A stretch of DNA of 64,000 nt from Eledone cirrhosa (Eukaryota): contig OZ024740.1 of NCBI GenBank assembly GCA_964016885.1, positions 226,734,001 through 226,798,000 of the forward strand, given 5' to 3'. The notes under the pieces are model-generated. The model was not told the DNA's origin. It did not search any database and was given only the letters and a program-made list of their open reading frames with translations. A program made the translations under genes and the position numbers. The first letter of the stretch is position 1. The number at the start of each line of letters is the position of its first letter. Shown here piece by piece: positions 1-14,607 of the stretch.

Positions 1-55
<55 letters not shown>

Positions 56-409
56 TATCCATGTATATTATCATTATTATTATTGTCCTTATTGTTATTA
101 TCATTCCTTTAAACTATTTACAGAAAGCTCTAATGAATGGACATTGATTAGCGAGTTCAAATCGTTTCAAAATAATGAAGCTATATATTCTATATGCAGC
201 TATACTTTATATTTGAGTTTTAACAACAAAATAGAAGCAAAGTTAGACTGAATGAATGTTGGATATAATGAAATTTATATTTTTGTACAGAGTAAAAAGG
301 ATGAAAACAGAGCCCAAAAATGATATATATAATGTCCAGCAATGAAATAGAAATAATAATATTAATAATAACAAATAATTATATGAATAATATATATATA
401 TATCATCAT

Positions 410-602
410 CATCGTTTTTATGTCCGTTTCTTTCTCATCTCCTCTGTGAGTCTCAGCAATTTGAGGTCAGTTCTCACAGCCTCAGCTCAGGTCTTTCTTA
501 GTCTACCTCTACTGTGGTTTTCTTCTATTGGGATTTCCTGGCACTTCTTCACCCGGCAGGTCTTCAGAAGAGAAACCCCACTGAAGCAAGTGTTTCAGCC
601 CT
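410..602 (-). pseudogene. Decayed RTE-type LINE 3' fragment
   Basis: Minus-strand translation CRVKKCQEIPIEENHSRGRLRKT*AEAVRTDL resembles the GRPRKTW C-terminus of the intact ORF at 33418; ends in a (GAT)n tail. Confidence 0.65.
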
Positions 603-605
603 TAT

Positions 606-742
<137 letters not shown>

Positions 743-776
743 TTGGAAAATGTGTGAAATCCTTGGTACCATTAGG

Positions 777-900
777 TATATTTGAAAAAAGCAAAAGAAT
801 GACTTCACTTGTAGTTCTAAACAATTTAATTTTATAATATTATAAAATGAAATTATTTAGAACCACAAGTGAAGTCATTCTTTTCCTTTTTTCAAATATA
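777..900. repeat. Spacerless fold-back palindrome (62-bp arms) in (TA)n
   Basis: tatatttgaaaaaagcaaaagaatgacttcacttg... mirrored about 838/839 with few mismatches; the same sequence occurs unfolded at 43945-44012. Confidence 0.9.
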
Positions 901-959
901 TATATATAGATAGATATATATATATAGATAGATATACATATATATGAATACACACGCAC

Positions 960-1506
<547 letters not shown>

Positions 1507-1549
1507 CATACATATACATATATATATATACACACATATATGTATATCA

Positions 1550-1731
1550 TCGTCATCATCATCATCATCATCATTTTACATCCGCTTTTCCCTGTTTGCA
1601 AGGGCGGGATGGGTCCTATGCAGCACATCATCTCTCCACTTGTCACGGTCCTTTATCATCTCCTCCGGGAGCTTCACAAATCTGAGGTCTGCTCTCAACC
1701 CCTCCGCCCAGGTTTTTTGTGGTCTTCCTCG
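1550..1731 (-). pseudogene. 5'-truncated RTE LINE 3' end
   Basis: [33 protein letters not shown] followed by a (GAT)n tail. Confidence 0.75.
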
Positions 1732-2015
1732 ATGTATATATATATATATATATATGATAATAATAAAAATTAGGATAATTGATAGAGTTGGCAACAGAAA
1801 ACAAGGCAGAATGAAATAAATTCTTTAAAGGGGAAACTTTTAAAAGCATTTTTTAAAAATATGAAATAAAAATCAATGGCAAAAAAAAAGGCAAACGAAA
1901 GCCACAAAACTTCAAAGTCTTCAGCCATTGAGATGGACTTAGGCAGTTTCTACCCCTACCAATGATACTGCTGGTTTCACAACATCCGAAAAACAAGCCA
2001 GAGCATTCTCCCTTA

Positions 2016-2057
<42 letters not shown>

Positions 2058-2058
<1 letters not shown>

Positions 2059-2226
2059 TTTCATCTGATGAGCGTACTGGACGTTTCTGTTAAGATCGTC
2101 TAGTTTCATGAAAACTTAGGTAATTGAGTAATTATAATGTGTTGTTTATTATATAATTAAATAGCTCTGTATGATACATAGAGCACTCTTCTTTCCTTTA
2201 CCTTTTCTACGGAAATACATAACACA
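2058..2226 (+). mobile_element. PLE-like terminal fragment with degenerate hammerhead and tail hairpin
   Basis: CTGATGA 2065-2071; stem ACTGGACG/CGTCTAGT; GAAA 2110 then ACTTAGG-TA; hairpin GCTC-TGTA-TGA-TACA-TA-GAGC 2164-2184; flanked by (TA)n. Confidence 0.6.
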
Positions 2227-2283
2227 TATATTCAGTATTCTGGTGTGTTATGGTCCACCTGGTATCTTACCACACCCTCTTTG

Positions 2284-2348
<65 letters not shown>

Positions 2349-2463
2349 CCACCCCACTCTCAAGAGCGTGAAATTAATAAACCTTTGTTTGTACTGCCTC
2401 TCTGTTTTGTTCCTGTTCAATTTTACACTATATATATATATATATATATATATATGGGTGTGT

Positions 2464-2803
2464 GGAGGCACATGGCTTAGTGGTTAGAGCATTGGCCTTG
2501 CAATCGAAAGGTTGTGAGTTCAATTCTCAGACCAGGTGATGTGTTGTTTCCTTGAGCAAGACACTTTATTTCACATTGCTCCAGTTTACTCAGCTGTAGA
2601 AATGAGATGATAGGGACTGGATTCCCTATCATTCCACTGCAAAGTGGACGTGGAGGTGCCACGGCAAAAAAGCACCCAGCACTCACTGTAAATGAGGTTG
2701 GTGTTAGGAAGGGCATCCAGCTGTAGAAATCAAGCCAGAATCAGTTCCCGTTCCACCCTTGCAAGCAAGGAAAAGCGGACGTAAAATGATGATGATGATG
2801 ATG
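2464..2803 (+). mobile_element. Full-length tRNA-head CORE-like SINE
   Basis: A box TGGCTTAGTGG about 2473; B box GTTCAATTC about 2518; CORE-like ccttgagcaagacactttatttcacattgctccagtttactcagctgtagaaatg; tail shared with the LINE 3' UTR; (GAT)n end. Confidence 0.85.
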
Positions 2804-3690
2804 ATATATATACATATATCCTTCTTTCTCACTCTCTCTTACCCCTACTCTCATTTGTATTTTCTAATAATAATCAATGTGAAATAATTTTCTAAAATAG
2901 GTTTTCTTTTTAGTTCTGTTATACTTTATTTCTTTGGTAATGTTTTTTCTTAATTATATTTCTTCTCAAATTATTTGTCGCAGTATGGCAAAAATTCATA
3001 TTAATTTAAATATAGGTGATACAATTCTGGTCCTTCTCCTTATCTTGCTCAATACTATAGATTATTGATCCTCGTAATATTTATATATTTACTTTATCCT
3101 CAATATTATATGTATATATCTTGGTATGTGTGTATGTATGTATGCATGTGTGTATGTATTTATGTGTGTATATATGTGTGTATGTATGGGAGTGTGTTTG
3201 TATGTACTTATATATAAATATACTATATTTGTATTATATAACATATATATATTATATATAATATATATATTATATGTGTATGTATGTGGACACTTGCAAT
3301 TTTATATTTTGGGGTTTATATTTATTTACTTTCACAGTGGTGAAGAAATTGAGGTGGTGGTGGTAGTAATGATATTACAGAGACAAAATATACAATTTGA
3401 TAAATCCAAAGAATATGTGTATGTATGTGCATATGTATGTGTGTGTGTGTGTGTTTGTGTATATATTCTATTAATGTGTGTATATATATATACACACGCA
3501 CATATATGTATATATATATTTATATATACATATATTAATAGAATACACACATATATATACATACATACACAAGTAAAATAAGCTTAGTAAATGAAGTAGA
3601 TAAAAAGCACAAAGAAAGACAGAATCATTAATGAAACTTTAAATGAAATAAAATACAAAATAGATTTCCTCACACAACAAAAACAACAAC

Positions 3691-3742
<52 letters not shown>

Positions 3743-4382
3743 TAATAATAATAATAACAATAATAATAATAAAATAATAATAATAATAAAATAATAATAA
3801 TAATAACAATAATAATAATGATAACAATAATAATAGTGATAAATAATAATAATCATCATAGAAGATGGAGACAAAAAAAACATTACAGGAACCTTTTTCT
3901 AGCATAATGCAGCTTTTAACTGCTGCTTCCGTAGCTATGCACCATCTTCCGGCTTAAAAGACTGAGGTAAAATGATGGAAAGGTAGGGAGTGAACGAGAG
4001 AGGTAGAGGGGTTAGTGTGCTAGTGGAGAGAGGGGTGTGAACAGGTGGTTTGAAAGTAAGGGGCAGGAGGTGGTTGCGGGCAAATGAGCATTGCTAGTAG
4101 TAGTAGTAGTAGTAGTATGTTGATGGTATTGATGGTGGTGATAGTGGTTGTAGGAAAGGGATTTATATGAAAAACAAAATATAAGCAAACAGAAGAAAAG
4201 ATGGAAAATGTGCAGAGATGTAGGAAGATAAAGGAAGATGCAAAAGATGGTGGTTTGGTGTAGGGGTTTCTAGCAGGGGTGGGTGGGAGGGAAGGTGGGA
4301 TGTTTTTGTGAAGAAGGATTTTTAAGTGGATTTCAGATGGGTGTAGTAAAGGAGGAGGTTTAAAGAGCAGCAGTAGTAGAAG

Positions 4383-4414
<32 letters not shown>

Positions 4415-4562
4415 ATTGTCGTTGTCGTCATTGTTGTTGCAAGAAACTGTTGCTGTAACTAATAGCCTTAATGTCAGAAACATAGAACCAGCAAAGTGCT
4501 GCTGCATTGCATTCAAGGTCCCAAGATAAAAATCCCTACATTAAAATGTATATGTGCTTTTT

Positions 4563-4594
<32 letters not shown>

Positions 4595-4632
4595 GCATAT
4601 ATGCATACATATATGTGTATGTATATATATGC

Positions 4633-4696
<64 letters not shown>

Positions 4697-4863
4697 GTGT
4701 ATGTATGTATATATATATATATGTATGTATATATGTATGCATGTATATATGTATATATATTTATGTATATATATGTATATATATATATGTATGTATGTAT
4801 ATATGTATGTATATATATGTATGTATGTATATATATGTGTGTGTGTGTATATATATGTGTGTA

Positions 4864-4925
<62 letters not shown>

Positions 4926-4928
4926 TAT

Positions 4929-4983
<55 letters not shown>

Positions 4984-4996
4984 TATACATATATAT

Positions 4997-5041
<45 letters not shown>

Positions 5042-5633
5042 TATATATCCCATTTGCACTAGTTTCTTTATTGTTATTTAAATATATTTTTTGTGGCAGT
5101 TGTTGTTATTGATGTTCTAATTGAGCTCTTGTAGTAACAGTTGTCTTTGTTCTTGTTTCTTTCTTTATTCTTTCATTCAGTCATTCTTCTACTTCTTCTT
5201 CTTCTTCTCCTCCTCCCCCTCCTCCTCGATTTCCTATTATATTGTTTTCTATATATATTAGGTTTCTTTATTATATATATATATAGAGAGATGATGATGA
5301 TGATATATATATAATTTCTTTGGGGAGGAGGGTTGTTTTCTGATATAAATCAAAGTCACTTGTTGCTTCACTTTTTATCTTTCTTTTATTCAAGAAATCC
5401 TTCTTATGTCGTTATTCCTTTATTTCTTTCTTTTATTTTTTTATTTATATCAATTAAACAGCTGCAGTGCTTTATGGTGCAGTGTTGCACAGAACGCTAG
5501 TGAGGAGCTCTCGGTATGTAGAAGATGACTGCAAGCTATCATAATTCAACATACAGAGGTGCATACTTATATTCATTTATAATACATACATACATAAACT
5601 GGCTTGCATGCATATATATACATTCTTGCATAT

Positions 5634-5666
<33 letters not shown>

Positions 5667-5719
5667 GTTTAACGTCTATCTTCCACGCTAGCATGAGTTA
5701 TATGTATAGATATATATAT

Positions 5720-5751
<32 letters not shown>

Positions 5752-5987
5752 TTCCCATTGCTCCAGTTTACTCAGCTGTAGAAATGAGATGATAGGGACT
5801 GGGGTCTATATCATTCCACTGCAAAGTGGTCGTGCAGGTGCCACGGCAAAAAAGCACCCAGCACTCACTGTAAATGAGGTTGGTGTTAGGAAGGGCATCC
5901 AGCTGTAGAAATCAAGCCAGAATCAGTCCCCGTCCCACCCTTGCAAGCAGGGAAAAAGTGGACGTAAAATGAAATGAAAATGAAATG

Positions 5988-6023
<36 letters not shown>

Positions 6024-6360
6024 TCTAATACAGAGTACCCGACCTCCTCATGGGTACAAGCTGAAGCATATAGACAATATGCCCCCCCCCCCCCCGCAAG
6101 GTGGTCGCGGAGGTGCCACGGCAAAAAAGCACCCAGCCCACACTGTAAAGTGGACGTGTAGGCGCCACGAAAAGCACCCACCACTCACTGTAAATGAGGT
6201 TGGTGTTAGGAAGGGCATCCAGCTGTAGAAATCAAGCCAAATCAGTTCGTGTATGAGCAAGGCATGGTCAGCCGACCAGACACTGCCCACAACAGGGCAC
6301 CCCATCTAACCCATGCTAGCGTGGAAGAACGGACGTAAAACTGTGATGATGATCATCATC
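5752..6360 (+). mobile_element. Two truncated SINE/LINE-tail copies
   Basis: 5752-5990 matches about 2567-2790; 6100-6350 is a related tail with two ~50-bp units. Confidence 0.75.
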
Positions 6361-6390
6361 ATTTTAATGTCCTCTTCCCTACAATACAAT

Positions 6391-7114
6391 ATCAATGTCG
6401 AAGCAGGAAGCTTAGGTCTCAATATCAGTGCCATGAAGACCAAAAGCATGTTACCTGGGACACACCCACCACCAACCAGTGTCTTCATTGAACAGGGGAG
6501 GTGGAAATAGTGGACAACTTCACCTACCTAGGAAGCTCCATTAACAATGATGGCACCATGGACAGTGAATTGCAATGTAGAATGGGAAAGGCTTCAGCAG
6601 CATTTAACCAGCTTGACAAGATCTGGAAGAGCAGGAAGTTCCCCCTCAAAACAAAGATGAGATTCTACAACAGCAACGTGCTGTCCACACTCTTGTACGG
6701 AAGTGAAACATGGCACCTTAAGACCAGCCAAGAGAAGAAGTTGGGCGCATTCGATTCCAGATGTCTGCGAAAGATCCTGGGGATTAAATGGAGTGACCAT
6801 GTAACAAACCAGGAAGTCAGGAACCGCACCAACCAGCAGCTAGTCTCTTCTGCCATCTGTAAGCGACGCCTGGGCTGGTTTGGACACGCTTTGAGACTTC
6901 CCCCGGAGAGACTGGCGAACCAAGTACTTAAATGGAACCCACAGGGAAGCAGACGGAGAGGGCGACCCAATATGAACTGGCGCCAGACAGTTGAGAGGGA
7001 CCTGCGAGTGACAAACAGACAATGGGGGGACGCTGTGCAACTGGCTGCTGACCAAACGCGATGGAACACTGATTGCCTCATGCGTCGCAAGACGCGGGAG
7101 CTTCTGAGTCTGAG
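6391..7114 (+). pseudogene. 5'-truncated RTE LINE (second family), RT C-terminal part
   Basis: GLNISAMKTK, frameshift, then VDNFTYLGS...LLYGSETW...WFGHALR...RRGRP; (CTGAGT)2 tail; imperfect TSD ttccctac..acaat at 6375-6390 and 7115-7129. Confidence 0.9.
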
Positions 7115-7585
7115 TTCCCTACTAACAATGTATGTGTATATACATACATTCATCCATGCATTTCATGTATATATGTGCATACACACATACTTATGCACAT
7201 CTATCCATGTATATATCTGCTTCCACATATACTTATGCACATCCATTCATCAATCCATACATACATACATATATACGTACATATATACATACACACATAC
7301 ATATAGGCATACATATAGATATACAGAGACACATATACAAATATGAATGTATAGATCAAGTGATAACTACTAAATACTTGATGAACAAAATATATATAGA
7401 TATTATGAAAGCTCAACTTGATTTAAAACATAAATTGTATGATATCTGTAAGGAAGACGTTACCAATGTATAAACAGCTGCCCAACAATGTTGAGGCTGC
7501 TTGGGTGAGCTCAAATGATATGATATAGCTACAGAAGTTATTTATAATGCAACTGCAGGATAAGGGGACCTGAGGATCAAACGTA

Positions 7586-7783
7586 CAAATGTCAGCTGAA
7601 AAGTTCATAGGCTGACCAAGATACTCTCATGGAATGACCAAATGAGGTTTATATTTCAATATAGTCCCTGGAAAGAAACAATTCAGTTATTAATAAGAAG
7701 AGTTGAAATTAATGTATGCAAGATTTCATAGTTCTAGCATTACTCCTTCATAGTCAGCCTATGAACTTTTCAGTCAGCTCTAG
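7586..7783. mobile_element. Tc1/mariner-type MITE
   Basis: TIR core ctgaaaagttcataggctgac / gtcagcctatgaacttttcag (21 bp perfect); TA on both flanks. Confidence 0.75.
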
Positions 7784-8479
7784 TAAGTCATTAACAGACC
7801 AAAATACAGCCCCACCTTTAACCTTTTCATGACCATATTTCTCATAAAATATCTTATTATTTTAATCCTGTAGTTCCTGATAGAGTCATAGGGGTGCCAT
7901 AGTGGCATACAATATTTCTTGGGCATTTGAAGCCTGGTAGAACCCATCTCCACTCCAGGTCCAAACACTGCAGATTTCTTCTAGAGAAGGATAAACAGAG
8001 TGAGAAAGAGATATAGAGGAAGAATCAACCCAATGGCTAGACTGGTACTTTTTTTTATCAACCTCAAAAGAATGAAAGGCAAAGTTGACCTCAGTGGGAT
8101 TTGAGCTCAGAAAGGAGGGAACCAGAATGAATATCATAAAGCATTCTATCTGACATTCTAATGATTCTGTCCTTCACATCATATCCTCCTTCACATCATA
8201 TACCCTTTTGTATTTGCTATTAGTGTCAACTTGCATCAGTTTAAGCAGAACATCAGAAATATAAACTGCACAAGTGTTGGAGTGTTTGCTAAAGCTGTAA
8301 AGTAACAAGAAAAAAATATTGTGCCTCTCGTATATCTAGGTGGACTTTAATTTCAATTGATCTTGTTTCACTGTGTATGTAGTTGGTAGGGTTAGGGTAG
8401 AAAGGTTGATATGATGTAAAATCAAGGTGATGGATATGGCCTACAGGACTATAATATTTCTTCTGCTGCATTACATTTA

Positions 8480-8826
8480 ATAATATATATCAATAGTGTT
8501 GTAATGTTGAAATGAAAGCAACTGAAAAGATTGAAAAGTGTCAGGAATTGTCCATAGAAGTGGAAAAGAAACTCGGGAATATTCAAGTATAAAAATTATC
8601 TCTACTGTCAGAATTGCTGAAAACAATATGAAAACAGATTTTCAAGAAATTGAGAGACAAATGTAATTGAGACCTGATAACAGAACTGCACAAAAAAAAC
8701 TGTCATCTTCAATTCTGCTGGCATTCTTTTACAGAGTTATAGAGAATGGAGGAGACTTGTTGTCACCAAAATCTCAAGATATGAATCTGCTGACATAATC
8801 AGCACAACATTAATAATAATAATAAC

Positions 8827-8830
<4 letters not shown>
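8480..8830 (+). pseudogene. Decayed R4/Dong-like LINE C-terminal fragment
   Basis: NVEMKATEKIEKCQELSIEV...KTVIFNSAGIL resembles the EKIEKY..L / LQK..L..TA.IL end of RLE-type LINEs; (TAA)n follows. Confidence 0.5.
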
Positions 8831-8861
<31 letters not shown>

Positions 8862-8862
8862 C

Positions 8863-8904
<42 letters not shown>

Positions 8905-10824
8905 TGTAGCAGGACTAGTAGTTGTGGTAGTAGTAGTATTGGTGGTAGAAGTAGTATTAGTAGTAGTAGTAGTAGGCGAATGAGGAGTGGTAGTAGTAAT
9001 AGTGTCTTTATTTTCTACAAAATTGACAGATGAAAGATAGATTACCAAAAACGGTGGAGGTTTACGCAGAAGTAATTATCCAAAAAAAAACCTAAAAATT
9101 AATTGAAACATTCTGAAAATTAAGGAACGTCTCCAGATTCAGACTATGAAGGACAAATACCTTCTCCAAGCTGTGTTTTTCAGTTTATGGAAGCATGCAG
9201 AAAATAGGCTCATTCACGCTGGCCATTTTTGCCACTCTTACGTATCTTATAGCATATGTACTTGAGACTATCTTCCTTTACACTTCTCTATAAATAAAAC
9301 ATGAAGGTGAATTCTAAAGAGGAATGATTCTATCTTCAAACCTTGCAGTCATTTCCACCATAAAATCTCTTTTGTTTTGGTCACCAGACAGAGATAACTA
9401 CATCCCATTCCCAGTAAAAGAAGTTAACAGGCTGATCATTGCTATTAGATTGCTATACAAGATTTGAATTCAGAATGTGAACTGTTGTAGTCAAAACTAA
9501 TGCCTGAATATTTAGCAGCCACAGCTAAATCTCTATGGGCCCCACTTTCTCCCAGTTATGCACCCCAAAATAATTTCAAGTTACAGTTTGGTAAGCTTAC
9601 AAACCTAGTTTTTGGCGCTTCTTGTTCTGACTACACTAAGAAAATTACTAAGTCTAAGCTTGCATATTCCATTACACCGTCCACACTCATCCACACCAAA
9701 TCAGTTGGTATGTCATAATTCCATATGACCCTCTCCCCCACTTTGGATATTTCCACAATGCTGTTAGACAGTATTTAGGGATCTTTTGTATTGATAGCAG
9801 AAATTTATTATATATTTAAGTTAATTATACAAATGTGTATAAACTGTGATTCTCCCTGAGGACTGCACCCTTGACAGCTGTCTAGTTGTCCCTCAATGGT
9901 AGTGCTGGCCTTGGATGTAATTAAATACAGTATTTAGTTGATCACTTTACCATCTCTTCCCTTACTTAATTCATACCTTGACACGTGGCCATAAATTTGC
10001 ATAGGCATAGAAGAATTAAGATTGTGTGATATTCATGTCTTCTGAAAGGTCATCAATTATGCATGTGAAGTGAAACAGATATAGGCCATCATAAAGGACT
10101 GTAGGTCACGGGGTCAGCATATTGGGAGGTGTGCTCTTCTACTTTGTATCCCTCACTATTTTTATATTTAGATTGGCACATGACCAGCTTTTCTAAGGAA
10201 CTGCTTATAGATAATTTATTCTCAAACTCAGTATTGTATTACTGTTATTTATATTATAGTCTCTTGTGGGATGGATGGAGGGTCTGACTTACTTTACACC
10301 ACGATAATCTGTGGTAGTGGTAGTGTAGGTGGTGGTGATGAGGGTGATGGTGATAGTATTGGTTGTGGTTGTGTTGGTGAAGTTGATGTCAGTGATGTTG
10401 CTGATGATTGTCATGGTGATGATGATGGTGATGGTTGTGATGATGGTGATGGTGAAGGCTGTGGTGACCATAATGGTGATGGTGATAGTGATGGTGTTTG
10501 TTATGATAATGATAATAATGGTGGTGGTGATTGTCATGATAAGGATGATGATGATTGTGATGATGATGGCCAAAGTTCTTATAGTGGTGGTGGTGGTGGT
10601 GGGAGTACATAAGACTATGATTATTATGATTGTCATAAGGCATATCTGTGGTCATTTCATCTGCTAAAAATAGGAGATAAATCTCCCTCATATCATATTC
10701 TACTATCTTAAAATATAACACAATTGACAATATGATCTTAAATACATGTCTGAAGTAACAAAACAAAAAAAAAAAAGAAGCTTGGAATGATCACAGTTGG
10801 TTTGCCTTTTGATCTTAGTTCTAC

Positions 10825-12830
10825 TTATTTTAGCTTACCTAGGGCTAAATAAGACCAAGATCTAGGAGAATTATATTTCAGTGGAGGCAGTGGTTGTGTG
10901 GATGAGGTGCTGGTCTTATTTGAGCTTACCTAGGGCTAAATAAGACCAAGATCTAGGAGAATTATATTTCAGTGGAGGCAGTGGTTGTGTGGATGAGGTG
11001 CTGGTCTTATTTGAGCTTACCTGGGGCTAAATAAGACCAAGATCTAGGAGAATTATATTTCAGTGGAGGCAGTGGTTGTGTGGATGAGGTGCTAGTCTTA
11101 TTTGAGCTTACCTAGGGCTAAATAAGACCAAGATCTAGGAGAATTATATTTCAGTGGAGGCAGTGGCTGTGTGGATGAGGTGCTAGTCTTATTTGAGCTT
11201 ACCTGGGGCTAAATAAGACCAGGATCTAGGAGAATTATATTTCAGTGGAGGCAGTGGCTGTGTGGATGAGGTGCTGGTCTTATTTGAGCTTACCTGGGGC
11301 TAAATAAGACCAGGATCTAGGAGAATTATATTTCAGTGGAGGCAGTGGCTGTGTGGATGAGGTGCTGGTCTTATTTGAGCTTACCTGGGGCTAAATAAGA
11401 CCAGGATCTAGGAGAATTATATTTCAGTGGAGGCAGTGGCTGTGTGGATGAGGTGCTGGTCTTATTTGAGCTTACCTGGGGCTAAATAAGACCAAGATCT
11501 AGGAGAATTATATTTCAGTGGAGGCAGTGGCTGTGTGGATGAGGTGCTGGTCTTATTTGAGCTTACCTGGGGCTAAATAAGACCAGGATCTAGGAGAATT
11601 ATATTTCAGTTGTGGTGGTGGGCTGTGTGGATGAGGTGCTGGTCTTATTTGAGCTTACCTAGGGCTAAATAAGACCAAGATCTAGGAGAATTATATTTCA
11701 GTGGAGGCAGTGGCTGTGTGGATGAGGTGCTGGTCTTATTTGAGCTTACCTGGGGCTAAATAAGACCAGGATCTAGGAGAATTATATTTCAGTTGTGGTG
11801 GTGGGCTGTGTGGATGAGGTGCTGGTCTTATTTGAGCTTACCTGGGGCTAAATAAGACCAAGATCTAGGAGAATTATATTTCAGTTGTGGTGGTGGGCTC
11901 TGTGGATGAGGTGCTGGTCTTATTTGAGCTTACCTGGGGCTAAATAAGACCAAGATCTAGGAGAATTATATTTCAGTTGTGGTGGTGGGCTCTGTGGATG
12001 AGGTGCTGGTCTTATTTGAGCTTACCTGGGGCTAAATAAGACCAGGATCTAGGAGAATTATATTTCAGTTGTGGTGGTGGCTGTGTGGATGAGGTGCTGG
12101 TCTTATTTGAGCTTACCTAGGGCTAAATAAGACCAAGATCTAGGAGAATTATATTTCAGTTGTGGTGGGGGCTGTGTGGATGAGGTGCTGGTCTTATTTG
12201 AGCTTACCTGGGGCTAAATAAGACCAAGATCTAGGAGAATTATATTTCAGTTGTGGTGGGGGCTGTGTGGATGAGGTGCTGGTCTTATTTGAGCTTACCT
12301 GGGGCTAAATAAGACCAAGATCTAGGAGAATTATATTTCAGTTGTGGTGGTGGCTGTGTGGATGAGGTGCTGGTCTTATTTGAGCTTACCTAGGGCTAAA
12401 TAAGACCAAGATCTAGGAGAATTATATTTCAGTTGTGGTGGTGGCTGTGTGGATGAGGTGCTGGTCTTATTTGAGCTTACCTGGGGCTAAATAAGACCAA
12501 GATCTAGGAGAATTATATTTCAGTTGTGGTGGGGGCTGTGTGGATGAGGTGCTGGTCTTATTTGAGCTTACCTGGGGCTAAATAAGACCAAGATCTAGGA
12601 GAATTATATTTCAGTTGTGGTGGTGGCTGTGTGGATGAGGTGCTGGTCTTATTTGAGCTTACCTAGGGCTAAATAAGACCAAGATCTAGGAGAATTATAT
12701 TTCAGTTGTGGTGGTGGGCTGTGTGGATGAGGTGCTGGTCTTATTTGAGCTTACCTGGGGCTAAATAAGACCAAGATCTAGGAGAATTATATTTCAGTTG
12801 TGGTGGTGGGCTGTGTGGATGAGGTGCTGG
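10825..12830. repeat. 91-bp minisatellite, about 22 copies, with internal hairpin
   Basis: gcttacct recurs at 10833, 10924, 11015...; each unit holds TGGTCTTATTT..AAATAAGACCA. Confidence 0.97.
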
Positions 12831-13119
12831 TAAAGAACATAGGGGTAGAAAAAGAAAAAAAACGAACAATAACAAATACCAAAATCTAACCACTGCTTTC
12901 AACTACAAGACACATATGTAATCAAACACTTATACATGCATATATACATGTGTGCATACACCCAATTGCATACATAGCACTGCACCAAGGTGAGGTCTAT
13001 TGTCTGCACTGATTGTTCTCTAGTTACTAGGTGTGCTGTTGATCAGCACTGAGAAAGCAACCCTCTCTATAACCTTGAAACATAAAAGAAAATCATGACA
13101 AACTATGTGAAGTGCTTCT

Positions 13120-14374
13120 TGTAGTAGTAGTGGTGGTGGTGGTGGTGGTTGTGGGGACAGCAGTTTTGGTGGTAGCAGTGATGGTCATGGTGGTGGTGGT
13201 GGTGGTAGTGGTGGTGGTGGTGGTGGTGGTGGTTGTGGGGACAGCAGTTTTGGTGGTAGCAGTGATGGTCATGGTGGTGGTGGTGGTGGTGGTTGTGGGG
13301 ACAGCAGTTTTGGTGGTAGCAGTGATGGTCATGGTGGTGGTGGTGGTGGTGGTGGTGGTGGGGACAGCAGTTTTGGTGGTAGTGGTGGTGGTGGTGGTGG
13401 GGACCGCTGTTGTGGTAGTAGCAGTGATGGTCATAGTGGTGGTGGCAGTGGTAGCAGTTTTGGTGGTAGCAGTGATGGTCATGGTGGTGGTGGTGGTGGA
13501 GGTGACAGCAGTTTTGGTGGTTGCAGTGATGTTCATGGTTGTTGTGGTGGTGGTGGTGGTGGTGGTGGTGGTGGCAGCAGTTTTGGTGGTAGTGGTGATG
13601 GTGGTGGCAATGTGATGATGCTGAAGGTGTGACTGGTAGTTTGGTAGTTTAGTAATAGTGGTTGTGGTGTTGTTACTGTTTGTAAAGCTGTGGATGGTGA
13701 TGGTTGTCATGGTGGCCATGGTAGTTGTGATACTGGTGATGATAGTAGTGGTGGCATTGATTGTGGGGGGGGGGGGGTGAAGTGGTGGTAAATTGGTGAT
13801 GGTAGTGGTTGTGGTGGTGATAGTGAAGATGGTAGCAAAGATAGTGATGGTGATTGACATGATGTTGAATGGTGATAGTGGTAGTGGTGGTGGTGGCGGT
13901 GGTGGTGGTGGGGGATGATGGTGATGATGGATGGTGATGGTGAAGTTGGTGTCAGTGATGTTACTGGTGATGTCGTAGTGATGATGTTGATGGCCATAGG
14001 AATGTTGATAGTTGTGATGATGATGATGATGATGATGGTGATGGTGATGATGGTGATGATGGTGATGATGATGGTGGTGATGGTGATGATGATGGTGGTG
14101 ATGATGATGATGATGATGGTGATGATGATGTGGATGGTGATAGGAATGGTGATGTTGATAGTTGTGATGATGATGGTGATAATGATGATGATGATGATGA
14201 TGATGGTGATGGTGATGATGGTGATGGTGATGATGGTGATGATGGTGATGATGGTGATGATGATGTTGATGATGATGATGATGATGATGTGGATGGTGAT
14301 AGGAATGGTGATGTTGATAGTTGTGATGATGATGATGATGATGATGATGGTGATGGTGATGATGGTGATGATGG

Positions 14375-14406
<32 letters not shown>

Positions 14407-14499
14407 GTGATGATGATGTTGATGATGATGATGATGATGATGATGATGTTGATGGTGATAGGAATGGTGATGTTGATAGTTGTGATGATGATGGTGATG

Positions 14500-14531
<32 letters not shown>

Positions 14532-14575
14532 GATGATGTGGATGGTGATGATGATGATGATGATGATGATGATGT

Positions 14576-14607
<32 letters not shown>

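Noticed and set aside
2464-2535. tRNA gene
   Set aside because: The tRNA-like head continues into CORE-like and LINE-tail sequence, so it is a SINE.
10825-12830. CRISPR-like array (palindromic repeat plus linker)
   Set aside because: Linkers are near-identical rather than unique spacers; no cas genes; animal repeat context.
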